Source: an uncultured Acidobacteriaceae bacterium
GTDB lineage: Bacteria; Acidobacteriota; Terriglobia; Terriglobales; Acidobacteriaceae
Assembly (NCBI GenBank): GCA_963721125.1
Contig: CAVRHZ010000001.1
Span: 803,422-867,421 of the forward strand
DNA: 64,000 bases
Reading direction: 5' to 3'
A program made the position numbers and the translations under genes. Within the stretch, counting starts at the first letter, position 1. The number at the start of each line of letters is the position of its first letter. The notes under the pieces were generated by a model. It had not been told where the DNA came from, searched no databases, and worked only from the letters and a program-made list of their open reading frames with translations. This document shows, in pieces, positions 8,836 through 18,924 of this stretch.

Positions 8836-11430
8836 TCAAGGCGCCATAGCCTTCAGTGCCAAGGGCGCCAGTTCCCCTGAGGCAGACACGCCGCGCGCGG
8901 CCAGCGATCCTTCCTCCACAACCAGTTGCTCCACCGCGATCGAGAGCTGACGGCCCAACTCGAGGAAGTTCGCCCGCCAGGCCTCTGCGGCAGAGGACTC
9001 CAAGCCCAGCAGGAAACGGTCGGACTTGGTTAGCGTGTCGTACCAGATGTTTTGCGCCTGCCATAGATTGAGCTCGAACGGCAGCTCGCGCAGAGTGCGA
9101 GCCAGGGTGAGCGCGTGATCGAGGCCGCCTGGCTCCAGCGGTTTGGCATGGAGCTGCACCATGGCCCGCTTCATGTGTTGATCGGTCAGGTAGCGCAGCG
9201 CGTGGGTTTCCAGCACCACGCCGTCGGATTTAGCTAGAGAAATCAGCGAACGAACCCGCGCCAGGTCGATGGGCTCATCTTCCAGCGCTCGCCGCAGGCC
9301 GGCATTGATCGCGAAACCGGCAGCCATGGTGAGCGCCGGAGGCTTGGGAAGTCCGGAAGCATTCAAAAAGTGCAGCAGAGAAGCATGTTCCTCGTAGATC
9401 TTGACCAGGCTGTCTTCCACTTCGCTCAGCGTGGCATTGAGGATGACGCTCAGAATGCGCCGCTGGTCGTCCTTGAAAAGAGACGCCAGGGAGTACGGGC
9501 TGCCGCCAAAGAAGCTATCGATCAGGCGAACCACTTCGGGCAGATTCGCCTGCGTGACCGCGGCGCTGCATTTCTGCTTCAGGTCGTTGAAGGCGGAGAG
9601 GTCTTGCGGTGTGGAGCGTTCCACCGCGGCGGTCACATTATGATCGCCGAAATGCAGCGCTGCAAAGGAAACCTCCTCCGTCTCTTCCGTGAGGTTGGAA
9701 GTGATACGGCAACGCCCAATGGCGAGCCGCGAGCGCCCCGAGGTTACATTTTCGTAGTCCAGACGGCGGATGGTATAGCAAAAGAGCACTGTCTCTTCGG
9801 AATAGCTGTGAAAGACCGAGGAGATGGCATAGTGCGCGGCCACCTGCTCCAGGTTGACCTCCATCGGCTTGACCAGGTGCCGGTAAATATCACCGCCGTC
9901 TTTCCATGGCGGACTGTTGCTCTTGGCATGGCGCAGGCGCTCCACAAACTGCCATTCGAATAAAGCGCAATTGAGGCCGAAGATGTCGGCGGCCAGGCGC
10001 AGGGCGCGCGCCGCATAAGCCATGATCTGAACCGTCTCGATGCCCGAGATGTCGTCGAAGAACCAGCCACAGCTGGTGTACATCAACTGCGTGTGGCGTT
10101 GCATCTCCATCAGCTTGAGGATCAGCGTCCGTTCCTCGGTCGAGAGAGCGCGCTGCGCATGGGCAGCGAAGAACTGGTCGATCGCCTCCTCCGCCCCGGC
10201 CGTCTTGGCCGCGAGTATGACCGAGATGTAAGCATCGCGAGCGGCCCAAACATCCTTCAGCAGACCGTGGGCCGCATTTTCGCTCAACGGAGCGACTGTA
10301 TCCCGCAGCCAGTCGAGTGCTTCGCGCAGGGGTGCGCGCCATCGCTGGTTCCATCCCTGGCGGCCGCCATTGCAGCCGCAGTCGGCGCGCCAGCGTTCGA
10401 TGCCGTGGGCACAACTCCACGAGGTATCCTCCACGATTTCCGCATCCCACTTGGGCGGGAACTGGGCCGCGAACTGCCCGTAGTTGGTCAATTTCGCCAG
10501 CTTCTTGTCTTCAATGAAGCGCAAGGCGTAGGAAAGCGCCATCTCTCCGTGGCGATGATGGTGGCCATAACTTTCGCCGTCGGTGGCTACATGAACCACC
10601 TGTGGTTCGGGATTGCTGGGGTCGAGGCCACGCGCCAGTCGCCACGCAAACGTCTCGCCGTTGTTCAGCATGCCTTCAAAAGCGATGGCGCGTGATATCG
10701 GGCCGTTGTAGAAGAAGACGGTAATGCTGCGCCCATCTTTGAGTGGCACCCGGTAAGGATGGTTAGGATTCACCGAGGCATTGGGCGTCTCTATCCAGCG
10801 AGCGCCGGCGCCATCGAGCTTGGGCAGAACGGGTTGCAGGGTGCTTTCTGCGCGCTCGCGCACCCGGGCACACTGGTGCGGCGCAAGAATGGTGAAGAGT
10901 ATGCCGTTTTGCGCCAACAGATCCAGGGTTTCGATATCAACCGCGGTTTCCGAAAGCCACATGCCTTCAGGGGCGCGGCCAAAGCGATGCTGAAAGTCGG
11001 CGATGCCCCAGCGTATCTGGGTGATACGGTCCCGGGTGATGGCCAGGGGCATAATGACGTGGTTGTAGACCTGGGCCAGCGCCGATCCGTGGCCGTCGTA
11101 GCGCAGCATGCTTTGCCGGTCGGCATCGCGGATCATGCGGTAGGTGCGGGGCGCATTTTCTTCCAGCCAGGAGAGCAGTGTAGGCCCGAAATTGAAGCTG
11201 ATGCGCGAATAGTTATTCATGATGCGAATGATCTGGTTCTCGCCGTTGACGATGCGCGAGGCGCCATTGGGCGCATAGCATTCGGCCGTGATCCGTTCAT
11301 TCCAATCGTGGTAGGGCGCAGCCGAATCCTCGGTCTCTACCGTCTCGAGCCAGGGGTTTTCTCGCGGCGGTTGGTAGAAGTGTCCATGAACGCAGATGTA
11401 GCGTTCCGCCGGCGCCGGATGGTCTGACAT
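8836..11430 (-). CDS. Glycoside hydrolase family 57 protein with a long C-terminal (DUF3536-like) region
   Basis: N-terminus MSDHPAPAERYICVHGHFYQPPRENPW is the GH57 hallmark. 864 aa from ATG 11430; the ORF is open to 11520 but no earlier Met is supported by homology-type sequence. Confidence 0.85.
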   Translation of the reverse strand: MSDHPAPAERYICVHGHFYQPPRENPWLETVETEDSAAPYHDWNERITAECYAPNGASRIVNGENQIIRIMNNYSRISFNFGPTLLSWLEENAPRTYRMIRDADRQSMLRYDGHGSALAQVYNHVIMPLAITRDRITQIRWGIADFQHRFGRAPEGMWLSETAVDIETLDLLAQNGILFTILAPHQCARVRERAESTLQPVLPKLDGAGARWIETPNASVNPNHPYRVPLKDGRSITVFFYNGPISRAIAFEGMLNNGETFAWRLARGLDPSNPEPQVVHVATDGESYGHHHRHGEMALSYALRFIEDKKLAKLTNYGQFAAQFPPKWDAEIVEDTSWSCAHGIERWRADCGCNGGRQGWNQRWRAPLREALDWLRDTVAPLSENAAHGLLKDVWAARDAYISVILAAKTAGAEEAIDQFFAAHAQRALSTEERTLILKLMEMQRHTQLMYTSCGWFFDDISGIETVQIMAYAARALRLAADIFGLNCALFEWQFVERLRHAKSNSPPWKDGGDIYRHLVKPMEVNLEQVAAHYAISSVFHSYSEETVLFCYTIRRLDYENVTSGRSRLAIGRCRITSNLTEETEEVSFAALHFGDHNVTAAVERSTPQDLSAFNDLKQKCSAAVTQANLPEVVRLIDSFFGGSPYSLASLFKDDQRRILSVILNATLSEVEDSLVKIYEEHASLLHFLNASGLPKPPALTMAAGFAINAGLRRALEDEPIDLARVRSLISLAKSDGVVLETHALRYLTDQHMKRAMVQLHAKPLEPGGLDHALTLARTLRELPFELNLWQAQNIWYDTLTKSDRFLLGLESSAAEAWRANFLELGRQLSIAVEQLVVEEGSLAARGVSASGELAPLALKAMAP

Positions 11431-12134
11431 GCAGTTATGATAGCCGGATTTGTTCCCGCGGGTCGCATGGGCGGCAACTCGGCGGCCCGCCACAGGTACC
11501 AGCTGGCCACCGAGCGCCATGGCTTCCAGCGCGCCGCCCGGCGTTGCATCTGTTCCGGCTTGGGCAGCATATCGGCGGTAATGGGCTTGCCTACCTTGGT
11601 CTTGCCGAAGGTCAACAGATAACCCTTGCGGACTCCGTAATCCGTCGCCGGAAAAACATCCGGCCGCCCCAGGCGAAAGATGAGCAACATCTCCGCGGTC
11701 CAGGTCCCAATTCCGCGTACCTCGCTGAGCCGCTCGATGATTTCCTCATCGGAAAGGCGCCGGATAACAGCCAGCGAGGGCACGGTTCCGTCCAGGGTCT
11801 TGGCCGCGAGATCGCGCAGCGAGAGGAGCTTTGACCGCGAGAGGCCTGCCGCCCGCAGCATCTCCTCCGGAGCGGCCAACAGCTGTTCCGGCTGCGGATG
11901 CATGTCGCCGAACCCAGCCAGCAAACGCCCCAGGATAGCCTTGGCTGCATTGGCGTGCAGTTGCTGGTACAGAATGGACTCGAGCAGCGCCTCGAAAGGT
12001 GAATGCGTGCTTTTCACCCGCAGCGCAAAGGGACCGACACCTGCGATCAGGTCGCCCAGCTTAGGGTCAGCGTTGGCCAATTGTTCCAGTGCAAGCACTG
12101 TGTCGTAACGAACCGGGCGCAGGCCGTAGTCCAT
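11337..12134 (-). CDS. alkA: DNA-3-methyladenine glycosylase II (AlkA-like, HhH-GPD)
   Basis: 265 aa. LSRSKLLSLRDLA, helix-hairpin-helix VRGIGTWTAEMLLIF, PATDYGVRKG, PWRSVASWYLWRA. The last 50 or so residues are R-rich and overlap the GH57 start. Confidence 0.75.
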   Translation of the reverse strand: MDYGLRPVRYDTVLALEQLANADPKLGDLIAGVGPFALRVKSTHSPFEALLESILYQQLHANAAKAILGRLLAGFGDMHPQPEQLLAAPEEMLRAAGLSRSKLLSLRDLAAKTLDGTVPSLAVIRRLSDEEIIERLSEVRGIGTWTAEMLLIFRLGRPDVFPATDYGVRKGYLLTFGKTKVGKPITADMLPKPEQMQRRAARWKPWRSVASWYLWRAAELPPMRPAGTNPAIITACQTIRRRRNATSAFMDTSTNRREKTPGSRR

Positions 12135-12204
12135 GAAAATATCTTAATCACCGAGCCTTGAGTCCGGGGAAGACGCTAAAGAGGGTGCGTGGGAAGCGGA
12201 AGAA

Positions 12205-12392
12205 ACAGCAGGTCCCTCCACTGCGCTTCGCTCCGGTCGGGATGACAGTTCTGTTGCACGGAAATAGCCGTAATGGAGGGACCTGTTTTTCTCCGGGTCT
12301 CCGCAAGGCGGTCAACGGATGGCAGCGAATGGTCCCACAGAATTGTCATCCCGACCGGAGCGCAGCGTAGTGGAGGGCCCTGTTGTTTGTTT
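12205..12392. repeat. Two inverted copies of the GTCATCCCGACCGGAGCG element
   Basis: CAGCAGGTCCCTCCACTGCGCTTCGCTCCGGTCGGGATGAC (12207-12247) versus GTCATCCCGACCGGAGCGCAGCGTAGTGGAGGGCCCTG (12345-12382). Extra arm GGAGGGACCTGTTTTT at about 12277-12292. Confidence 0.75.
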
Positions 12393-12692
12393 TCCTGTGC
12401 CCACACACTTCCCATCTGCATACCTGCCGATTCAAGAAAAGAGTACCGAAGATGTAAACAATTCGCAGTTGCGCAGCACTTCTTTCCCGCATTGGTGCTT
12501 TCTATACGGCGATAAATTTCCCTTACGCCGCCCCAGGGGTTGCCTACCCCCCTTGGTTTGCTGCTATATTCAACTTTCCAGGCATGATGCGGGGGAGCGT
12601 TCTCCGCGCCGTCTTCTTGGATCTAGTCACCAACAGAGTCGCAGTGGATCCTTCTCAACAACACGCAATCTTAGGAAGCAGGAACCGACCCA

Positions 12693-13559
12693 ATGGCGCA
12701 GATTTTTGACCGGAGTTCCAACGCGCTAGCCCGCGCGAGCCTGGTCTTGACAGGGTTGATTGTCATTGCCCTGGGAGTCACCCTGGATCAATTGCAGGGT
12801 TCACCGTGGGTGACCAAGCAGGGACAGCGCGCCGAACAGCCGGTGCCGTTCAGTCACAAGCATCACGTCATGGGCCTTGGATTACAGTGCCAGTACTGTC
12901 ACACCTCGGTGGAGAAGTCCAGCTACGCGGGCATCCCCCCAACCAAGACCTGCATGAATTGCCATGCGCAGATCTGGACCAACGCAGCCCTGCTGCAACC
13001 GGTGCGGACCAGCTGGGCTACGGGCGAATCCATTCCCTGGGTCAAGATCCACGATCTGCCCGACTTTGTTTACTTCAATCACGAAATTCACGTGAATAAA
13101 GGCATCGGCTGTTCCTCCTGCCACGGACGCGTGGACATGATGCCGTTGATGTATCAGCAGAACACCCTCCAGATGGAATGGTGTTTGAACTGCCATCGCG
13201 ATCCGGCAAAGAACCTTCGCCCCACCAGCGAGATTTACAACATGGCGTGGGAGGGCCCCACATCGCAGAGGCCTGTATGGTGCGGGAGCACGGGTCTGAA
13301 AGACGGCGTGCCTACAGCGCAAACGGTAAGCTGCACCACCGTCGATCCCAGCCAGGAGGGTGCCCAGGTGGCCTCGCTCAACATGCTGCCCGATGGACTG
13401 CATGGGCAAGTCACCAGCGATGCGCCGGCCACGGTGATTCCAGCCAGCTTGCACTATGTGAAATTGACCGACCAGGCAGCACTGGGTAAATACCTGACCC
13501 AGCAGTACCACATCCGCACACCCCAGGAACTGAGCAGCTGCGAGACGTGCCACCGATGA
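12693..13559 (+). CDS. actA: Alternative Complex III subunit ActA, pentahaem cytochrome c
   Basis: 288 aa. N-terminal TM and five CxxCH motifs (CQYCH, CMNCH, CSSCH, CLNCH, CETCH). First gene of the act cluster. Confidence 0.85.
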   Translation: MAQIFDRSSNALARASLVLTGLIVIALGVTLDQLQGSPWVTKQGQRAEQPVPFSHKHHVMGLGLQCQYCHTSVEKSSYAGIPPTKTCMNCHAQIWTNAALLQPVRTSWATGESIPWVKIHDLPDFVYFNHEIHVNKGIGCSSCHGRVDMMPLMYQQNTLQMEWCLNCHRDPAKNLRPTSEIYNMAWEGPTSQRPVWCGSTGLKDGVPTAQTVSCTTVDPSQEGAQVASLNMLPDGLHGQVTSDAPATVIPASLHYVKLTDQAALGKYLTQQYHIRTPQELSSCETCHR

Positions 13560-16500
13560 GCAACTCAGGCGCTGCCAAATCCAGTGAGCAAAACTTGAAC
13601 AACACGCAACCTCTTGACCAGGGAAGACGCGAAGCGAACATGGCAAACGAGACGACCCAAGGCCAAAATACCCAGGCACTCACGCTCGACGCTGCCAGGG
13701 CCAAACTTGCCGGCCAGACGGGGAAGACCTACTGGCGCAGTGTGGACGAGTTGGCCGACACGCCGGCCTTCCGGGAAATGGTGCAGCGTGAATTTCCCGC
13801 GCAAGCAGCGGAGTGGATCGACCCCGTCTCCCGCCGCGGATTTCTCAAAGTCATGGGCGCTTCCCTCGCCTTGGCTGGGCTCTCCGGCTGTACCAAGCAA
13901 CCCGACGAACCGATCTATCCCTACGTCAAGGAGCCGGAAGACCTGGTGCTGGGCCGTCCGGTGTATTTTGCCTCCGCGATGCCCTTCAACACCGGCGCGG
14001 TGCCGGTGCTGGTAAAGAGCGACGCCTACCGGCCGATCAAAGTGGACGGTAATCCGGATCATCCCGTCAACCGCGGTTCCTCCGATCCCCTGACCCAGGG
14101 CTCGTTGCTCGACCTCTACGATCCTGATCGGTCACAGAGGGTCATCTGCCGCGGAGAGGTACGCGAGTTTGCCGCTTTTCTGGCTGTCTTCCGCGCCATG
14201 CTGGCCGACAAAAAGGCCAGCGGAGGCGCCGGCATTTACATCCTGAGCGACACCGTGACGTCGCCTACCCTGGCGGCCCAATGGAAAGCGGCGCAGCAGA
14301 AATATCCTAACGCCAAGTGGCTGCAGTGGGATCCGATCAACCGCGATTCGGCCTACTCCGCCTCGAAGACTGCTTTCGGCGACTACTACGACGCTCAGTA
14401 CCGGTTGCAGGATGCGGATGTCATCGTCTCGCTCGACGCCGACTTTCTCTCCGGCATCACCCACCCCGGATTTCTTCGCCTGGCGGCCGACTACGCCAGC
14501 CGGCGCAAGCTGTTGGATCAAAGTGCTCCCATGAACCGGCTGTATGCGGTCGAAAGCGCTCCCAGCACCACCAGCTTCAAAGCTGAACACCGGCTGGCCC
14601 TCAAGGCCGGCGAGGTGGCCTCTTTTGCGGCGGCGTTAGTGGCTGCGGTGGGTGCGGGTGGGTCCAGTGCGCAACCGCCCTCCGGCCCCGCAGGCAAATT
14701 TCTCTCCGCCGTTGCCGCTGATCTGAAGGCCAACGCGGGCAAGTGCGTGGTCATCCCCGGCGAGCAGCAGTCGCCCGAGGTGCATCTGGCCGCCATTGCC
14801 ATCAACCAGGCTCTGGGTAACGTAGGCAAGACGGTGGTTTACACCGAGACCGTGAATCCCATGCCGTCGATCCAGGGACAAGACATCGTCACCCTGGTCA
14901 ACGACATCAAGGCGGGCAAGGTCGACTGGCTGCTGATCCTGAATTCCAATCCGGTCTACACTGCGCCGGTGGACCTGCATTTTGAAGAGGCCATTGGGAA
15001 GGTGAAGACGACCGTTCACCTCGGCTCTCACTTAAACGAGACCGGAGTGGTTACGGAATGGCACATCAACGGCGCGCATTATCTGGAGAGCTGGTCAGAC
15101 ACCCGGGCTTATGACGGGACGGCCACCGTAGTGCAGCCCATGATCGACCCTCTGTATGGCGGCAAGTCGGCGCATGATGTGATTCAGTCCATGCTCGACG
15201 ACCCCGACACCTCGCCTTACGACGCCGTGCGCAAGACGTGGCAGGCCAACCTGGGGCCAGACGCGGATTATGGCTGGCGCAAGATACTGCACGACGGCAT
15301 GGTGGCAGGAACCGCTTTTCAGCCCAAGACTGTTTCGGCCAACACGGCTGCCCTTTCGGTCACAGCGCCCAACTTCCCCGACGGAACCGTCGAGGTTATC
15401 TTCCGCGCCGACCCCAACATCTACGATGGGCGCTACGCCAACGTCGGCTGGCTGCAGGAAATTCCCAAGCCGGTGACCAGCATGTCGTGGGACAACGCGG
15501 CGTTGATGAGCTACCCCACGCTGGCGAAATTTGGGCTGGCGGAGCAGGACGTGGTGGCCATCGAATCCAATGGCAACACGGTCATGGCGCCCGTGCTGGC
15601 GGTTCCCGGACACCCCGATGGTTCGGTCACGCTGTACCTGGGCTATGCCCGCCGCAATGGCGGCCGCGTGGCCGGCGGGTTGGGCTTTAACGCGTACGCG
15701 ATTCGCAGCTCCAACGCCCTGCTCTTCGCTTCTGGCGCGACCATGAAGAAGACCGGCCAGACGTATGAGTTCGCCGTAACCAAGAGCCACTATCAAGATC
15801 ACCGCTCCCTCACGGCCGGTGGAGAAGGTTCGGGCAACAATTCACTCGAAGGCGACGAGGCTGCGACCCGCGGCATCATTCGCTACGCCACGCTGGACGA
15901 GTTCAAGCAGAACCCCAACTTCGCCCATGAGGGTGAGGATCTTCCCGAAGACCCGGATCCCGACACCAGCATGTTCAGCAACTGGCGTTACGACAAGAAC
16001 GCCTGGGGCATGGCCATCGACATGAACTCCTGTGTCGGGTGCAACGCCTGCATCGTGAGCTGTTACGCGGAAAACAATATTGCAGTGGTCGGCAGGCACA
16101 ACACTCAAACCGGCCGCATCATGCAATGGATTCGCATCGATACCTACTTCGAAGGCGACTTGGATGCGCCCCGGGCTCACTTCCAGCCCATGACCTGCCA
16201 GCAATGCGAGAACGCGCCCTGCGAGCAGGTGTGCCCGGTCGGAGCTACCGTGCACTCGCCCGAAGGCCTGAACGTCATGATTTACAACCGCTGTGTGGGC
16301 ACTCGCTATTGCTCCAACAATTGCCCCTACAAGGTGCGGCGTTTCAACTTCCTGCTCTTCTCCGATTTCGAGACGGAGAGCCTCAAGCTGATGCGCAATC
16401 CGGATGTGACCGTGCGCAGCCGCGGGGTTATGGAAAAGTGCAGCTATTGCGTTCAGCGCATCTCCGCCGCCAAGATTGCGGCGGACAAGGAAAATCGCGA

Positions 16501-16738
16501 CATCCGCGATGGCGAAGTGGTCACAGCCTGCCAGCAGGCTTGCCCCACCGGAGCCATCGTCTTCGGCAACATCAACGACCGCGCTAGCAAGGTCAGAAAA
16601 CTGAAGCTGCAGCAGCGCAACTACGGCGTGCTCGCGGATCTCAATACTCGTCCGCGCACGACCTACATTGCGGAAGTTTTTAACCCCAACCCGGAACTGG
16701 CCGAGGCGCGCACTGAGCACGCGCCTGCGAAGAGCTGA
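13547..16738 (+). CDS. actB: ACIII subunit ActB (fused molybdopterin-oxidoreductase-like B1 and 4Fe-4S B2 domains)
   Basis: Tat-variant leader ...YWRSVDELADTPAFREMVQREFP...SRRGFLKVMGASLALAGLSGC. Fe-S Cys clusters CVGCNACIVSC, CQQCENAPCEQVCP, CVGTRYCSNNCPY, CSYCVQR. Alternative starts are ATG 13556 (ATGA overlap with the actA stop) or ATG 13640. Confidence 0.9.
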   Translation: MPPMSNSGAAKSSEQNLNNTQPLDQGRREANMANETTQGQNTQALTLDAARAKLAGQTGKTYWRSVDELADTPAFREMVQREFPAQAAEWIDPVSRRGFLKVMGASLALAGLSGCTKQPDEPIYPYVKEPEDLVLGRPVYFASAMPFNTGAVPVLVKSDAYRPIKVDGNPDHPVNRGSSDPLTQGSLLDLYDPDRSQRVICRGEVREFAAFLAVFRAMLADKKASGGAGIYILSDTVTSPTLAAQWKAAQQKYPNAKWLQWDPINRDSAYSASKTAFGDYYDAQYRLQDADVIVSLDADFLSGITHPGFLRLAADYASRRKLLDQSAPMNRLYAVESAPSTTSFKAEHRLALKAGEVASFAAALVAAVGAGGSSAQPPSGPAGKFLSAVAADLKANAGKCVVIPGEQQSPEVHLAAIAINQALGNVGKTVVYTETVNPMPSIQGQDIVTLVNDIKAGKVDWLLILNSNPVYTAPVDLHFEEAIGKVKTTVHLGSHLNETGVVTEWHINGAHYLESWSDTRAYDGTATVVQPMIDPLYGGKSAHDVIQSMLDDPDTSPYDAVRKTWQANLGPDADYGWRKILHDGMVAGTAFQPKTVSANTAALSVTAPNFPDGTVEVIFRADPNIYDGRYANVGWLQEIPKPVTSMSWDNAALMSYPTLAKFGLAEQDVVAIESNGNTVMAPVLAVPGHPDGSVTLYLGYARRNGGRVAGGLGFNAYAIRSSNALLFASGATMKKTGQTYEFAVTKSHYQDHRSLTAGGEGSGNNSLEGDEAATRGIIRYATLDEFKQNPNFAHEGEDLPEDPDPDTSMFSNWRYDKNAWGMAIDMNSCVGCNACIVSCYAENNIAVVGRHNTQTGRIMQWIRIDTYFEGDLDAPRAHFQPMTCQQCENAPCEQVCPVGATVHSPEGLNVMIYNRCVGTRYCSNNCPYKVRRFNFLLFSDFETESLKLMRNPDVTVRSRGVMEKCSYCVQRISAAKIAADKENRDIRDGEVVTACQQACPTGAIVFGNINDRASKVRKLKLQQRNYGVLADLNTRPRTTYIAEVFNPNPELAEARTEHAPAKS

Positions 16739-16752
16739 AAGGTTAGCGCAGC

Positions 16753-18171
16753 ATGGCGACCAAACCAGATTTACCCATAACCGATCCCCAGTTGGATCCG
16801 AAGACAGGCGAGTTCCGGGTTATCGCGCCCGGATACACCTTCAAATCGGTCACCGATGTTATTTCGCGCATCGTGCTCACCCCCCATACGCCACTGGGTT
16901 GGTTCTTCGGCTTTACCCTGGCGGGGAGCATCTGCCTCATCCTGTTCACAGCAGTGACCTGGCTGTTCCTCAAGGGTGTCGGCATCTGGGGCCTCGACAT
17001 CCCCGTAGGCTGGGGCTTCGCCATCATCAACTTCGTTTGGTGGATCGGTATCGGCCACGCCGGAACGTTGATCTCGGCCATCCTGCTGCTCTTCAAGCAG
17101 CAGTGGCGCAACTCTATAAACCGGTTCGCTGAGGCGATGACCATCTTTGCCGTGGTCTGCGCCGGCATGTTCCCGCTCATCCACGTCGGGCGGCCATGGC
17201 TCGGGTATTGGCTCTTTCCTTACCCCAACACCATGAATGTGTGGCCGCAGTTCCGCTCCCCGCTGCTGTGGGACGTCTTTGCGGTGTCCACCTACGCCAC
17301 CATCTCTGTGGTCTTTTGGTACATCGGCATGGTTCCTGATTTTGGAACCATGCGTGACCGGGCGAAGAGCCAGTTTGCTCAATACTTTTACGGCATCCTC
17401 TCGCTCGGCTGGCGCGGATCCGTCAGGCACTGGATGCGCTATGAGACAGCCTCCCTGCTGCTGGCCGGGTTGGCTACTCCCCTGGTGTTGTCTGTCCACA
17501 CGGTCATCAGCTTCGATTTCGCGGTGGCCGTCCTGCCGGGTTGGCACACCACCATTTTTCCGCCCTACTTCGTCGCCGGCGCTATCTACTCCGGCTTCGC
17601 CATGGTCATCACGCTCGCCATTCCAATCCGCAAGTTCTACCACCTGGAAGGCCTGATCACCATCCGCCATATCGACAATATGGGCAAGGTCATGCTCGCC
17701 ACTGGCTTGATCGTGGCCTACGGCTACTCGATGGAGGTTTTCATGGCCTGGTACTCCGCCAGCCATTGGGAATACTTCATGATGTGGAACCGCATGTTCG
17801 GGCCTATGGGCTGGTCGTACTGGGTACTGATCACCTGCAATATCGCCCTCCCGCAATTGTTATGGCTGCGCAGCACAAGGGTAAGTCCCGGCAAAATGTT
17901 CCTCATGTCGCTGATCGTCAATACCGGTATGTGGTTCGAGCGCTTCGTCATCGTCGTCACCAGCCTTTACCGCGACTTTCTTCCCTCGTCCTGGGGAACC
18001 TATCGTGCGACCCGCTGGGATTACGGCACGTTCCTGGGCACGCTGGGCTTGTTCACCGCGCTGTTTTTCCTGTTCGTGCGCTTCCTGCCCATGATCCCCA
18101 TGTCTGAGATCCGCATGATGCTGCCGCAAGCCAAGGTGACGGAACCAGAACCGCTGGAGGCGGGTGACTGA
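16753..18171 (+). CDS. actC: ACIII subunit ActC (NrfD/PsrC-type quinol-interacting membrane subunit)
   Basis: 472-aa polytopic protein directly after actB, in the conserved order. Confidence 0.85.
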   Translation: MATKPDLPITDPQLDPKTGEFRVIAPGYTFKSVTDVISRIVLTPHTPLGWFFGFTLAGSICLILFTAVTWLFLKGVGIWGLDIPVGWGFAIINFVWWIGIGHAGTLISAILLLFKQQWRNSINRFAEAMTIFAVVCAGMFPLIHVGRPWLGYWLFPYPNTMNVWPQFRSPLLWDVFAVSTYATISVVFWYIGMVPDFGTMRDRAKSQFAQYFYGILSLGWRGSVRHWMRYETASLLLAGLATPLVLSVHTVISFDFAVAVLPGWHTTIFPPYFVAGAIYSGFAMVITLAIPIRKFYHLEGLITIRHIDNMGKVMLATGLIVAYGYSMEVFMAWYSASHWEYFMMWNRMFGPMGWSYWVLITCNIALPQLLWLRSTRVSPGKMFLMSLIVNTGMWFERFVIVVTSLYRDFLPSSWGTYRATRWDYGTFLGTLGLFTALFFLFVRFLPMIPMSEIRMMLPQAKVTEPEPLEAGD

Positions 18172-18713
18172 TGCCGATACGCGAAGGAATCTACGGGCTG
18201 CTGGCGGAGTTTGATACTCCCAGCGAATTGGTAGCGGCCGCCAAGACCGCCTATGACGCAGGCTGGCGGCGAATGGACTGTTATACCCCTTACCCGGTGG
18301 AAGAGGCGGCGGAAGCGATCGGTTTCCATCGCAACTACGTACCCCTGATCTGTCTCGTCGGCGGGCTCATGGGCCTGGCTGCCATGTTTTTGATGGAGAC
18401 CTGGGTGTCGGTCCTCGCCTATCCGTTAAACGTCGCCGGCCGTCCGCTCTTTTCCTGGCCGGCCTTCGTCATCCCGGCTTATGAGTGGACCATTCTGTGG
18501 GCGGGTCTCTCCGCCGCCTTCGGCATGCTCGCCATGTGCGGCCTGCCGACGCTCTATCACCCGCTCTTTAATGCTCCCAATTTTCGTACCGGGGCGACCG
18601 TGGACAAATTCTTTCTTTGCCTGGAGGCAAACGATCCCAAGTTCGAGGTGGTGGAAGCGCGCAGCTTCCTGGAAAGCTTCCGCCCGGCTTCGGTGGTGGA
18701 GGTGGAGTATTAA
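18171..18713 (+). CDS. actD: ACIII subunit ActD (DUF3341-like)
   Basis: 180 aa, two central TM helices, TGATG 1-nt overlap with actC. Confidence 0.8.
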   Translation: MPIREGIYGLLAEFDTPSELVAAAKTAYDAGWRRMDCYTPYPVEEAAEAIGFHRNYVPLICLVGGLMGLAAMFLMETWVSVLAYPLNVAGRPLFSWPAFVIPAYEWTILWAGLSAAFGMLAMCGLPTLYHPLFNAPNFRTGATVDKFFLCLEANDPKFEVVEARSFLESFRPASVVEVEY

Positions 18714-18762
18714 TCCCATCGTTTCATTCTCGACCTCGCAGCCGACGCCAGTCTCACTGGAC

Positions 18763-18892
18763 GGGTGCCCCCTCTGCGCCCCAATGCTCGCACCAGCGTA
18801 CCCGGGGGCACGAAAAAGATGGGCGACCCGCATTTCCTATGCAGCTCGCGGCCTTGGCGCACTTCATGCGGCTTTCCGTGGAGAAAGCCGCA
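18763..18892. repeat. Repeat insertion between actD and actE (GGGTGCCCC motif plus TGCGGCTTTC-N6-GAAAGCCGCA hairpin)
   Basis: GGGTGCCCC at 18763. Perfect 10-bp stem 18867-18876 / 18883-18892. The identical stem recurs at 26580-26605. Confidence 0.75.
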
Positions 18893-18924
18893 CACGCGGT
18901 CGTGTCCAACGCAGCGTACAGAAA

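Noticed and set aside
12158-12729. ORFs 12158..12370, 12176..12421, 12273..12515 and 12319..12729, plus similar ORFs at 5099..5542, 5130..5516 and 26591..26998.
   Set aside because: They are read through the dispersed repeat elements (peptides such as VPPLRFAPVGMT, GAPFKPRLA, SRPERSVVEGP), overlap each other on both strands, and have no start or RBS context.
13547-13640. The long N-terminal extension of ActB as a separate small gene.
   Set aside because: The Tat-variant ActB family characteristically has a long leader before the SRRxFLK motif. Only the exact start (13547, 13556 or 13640) is uncertain.
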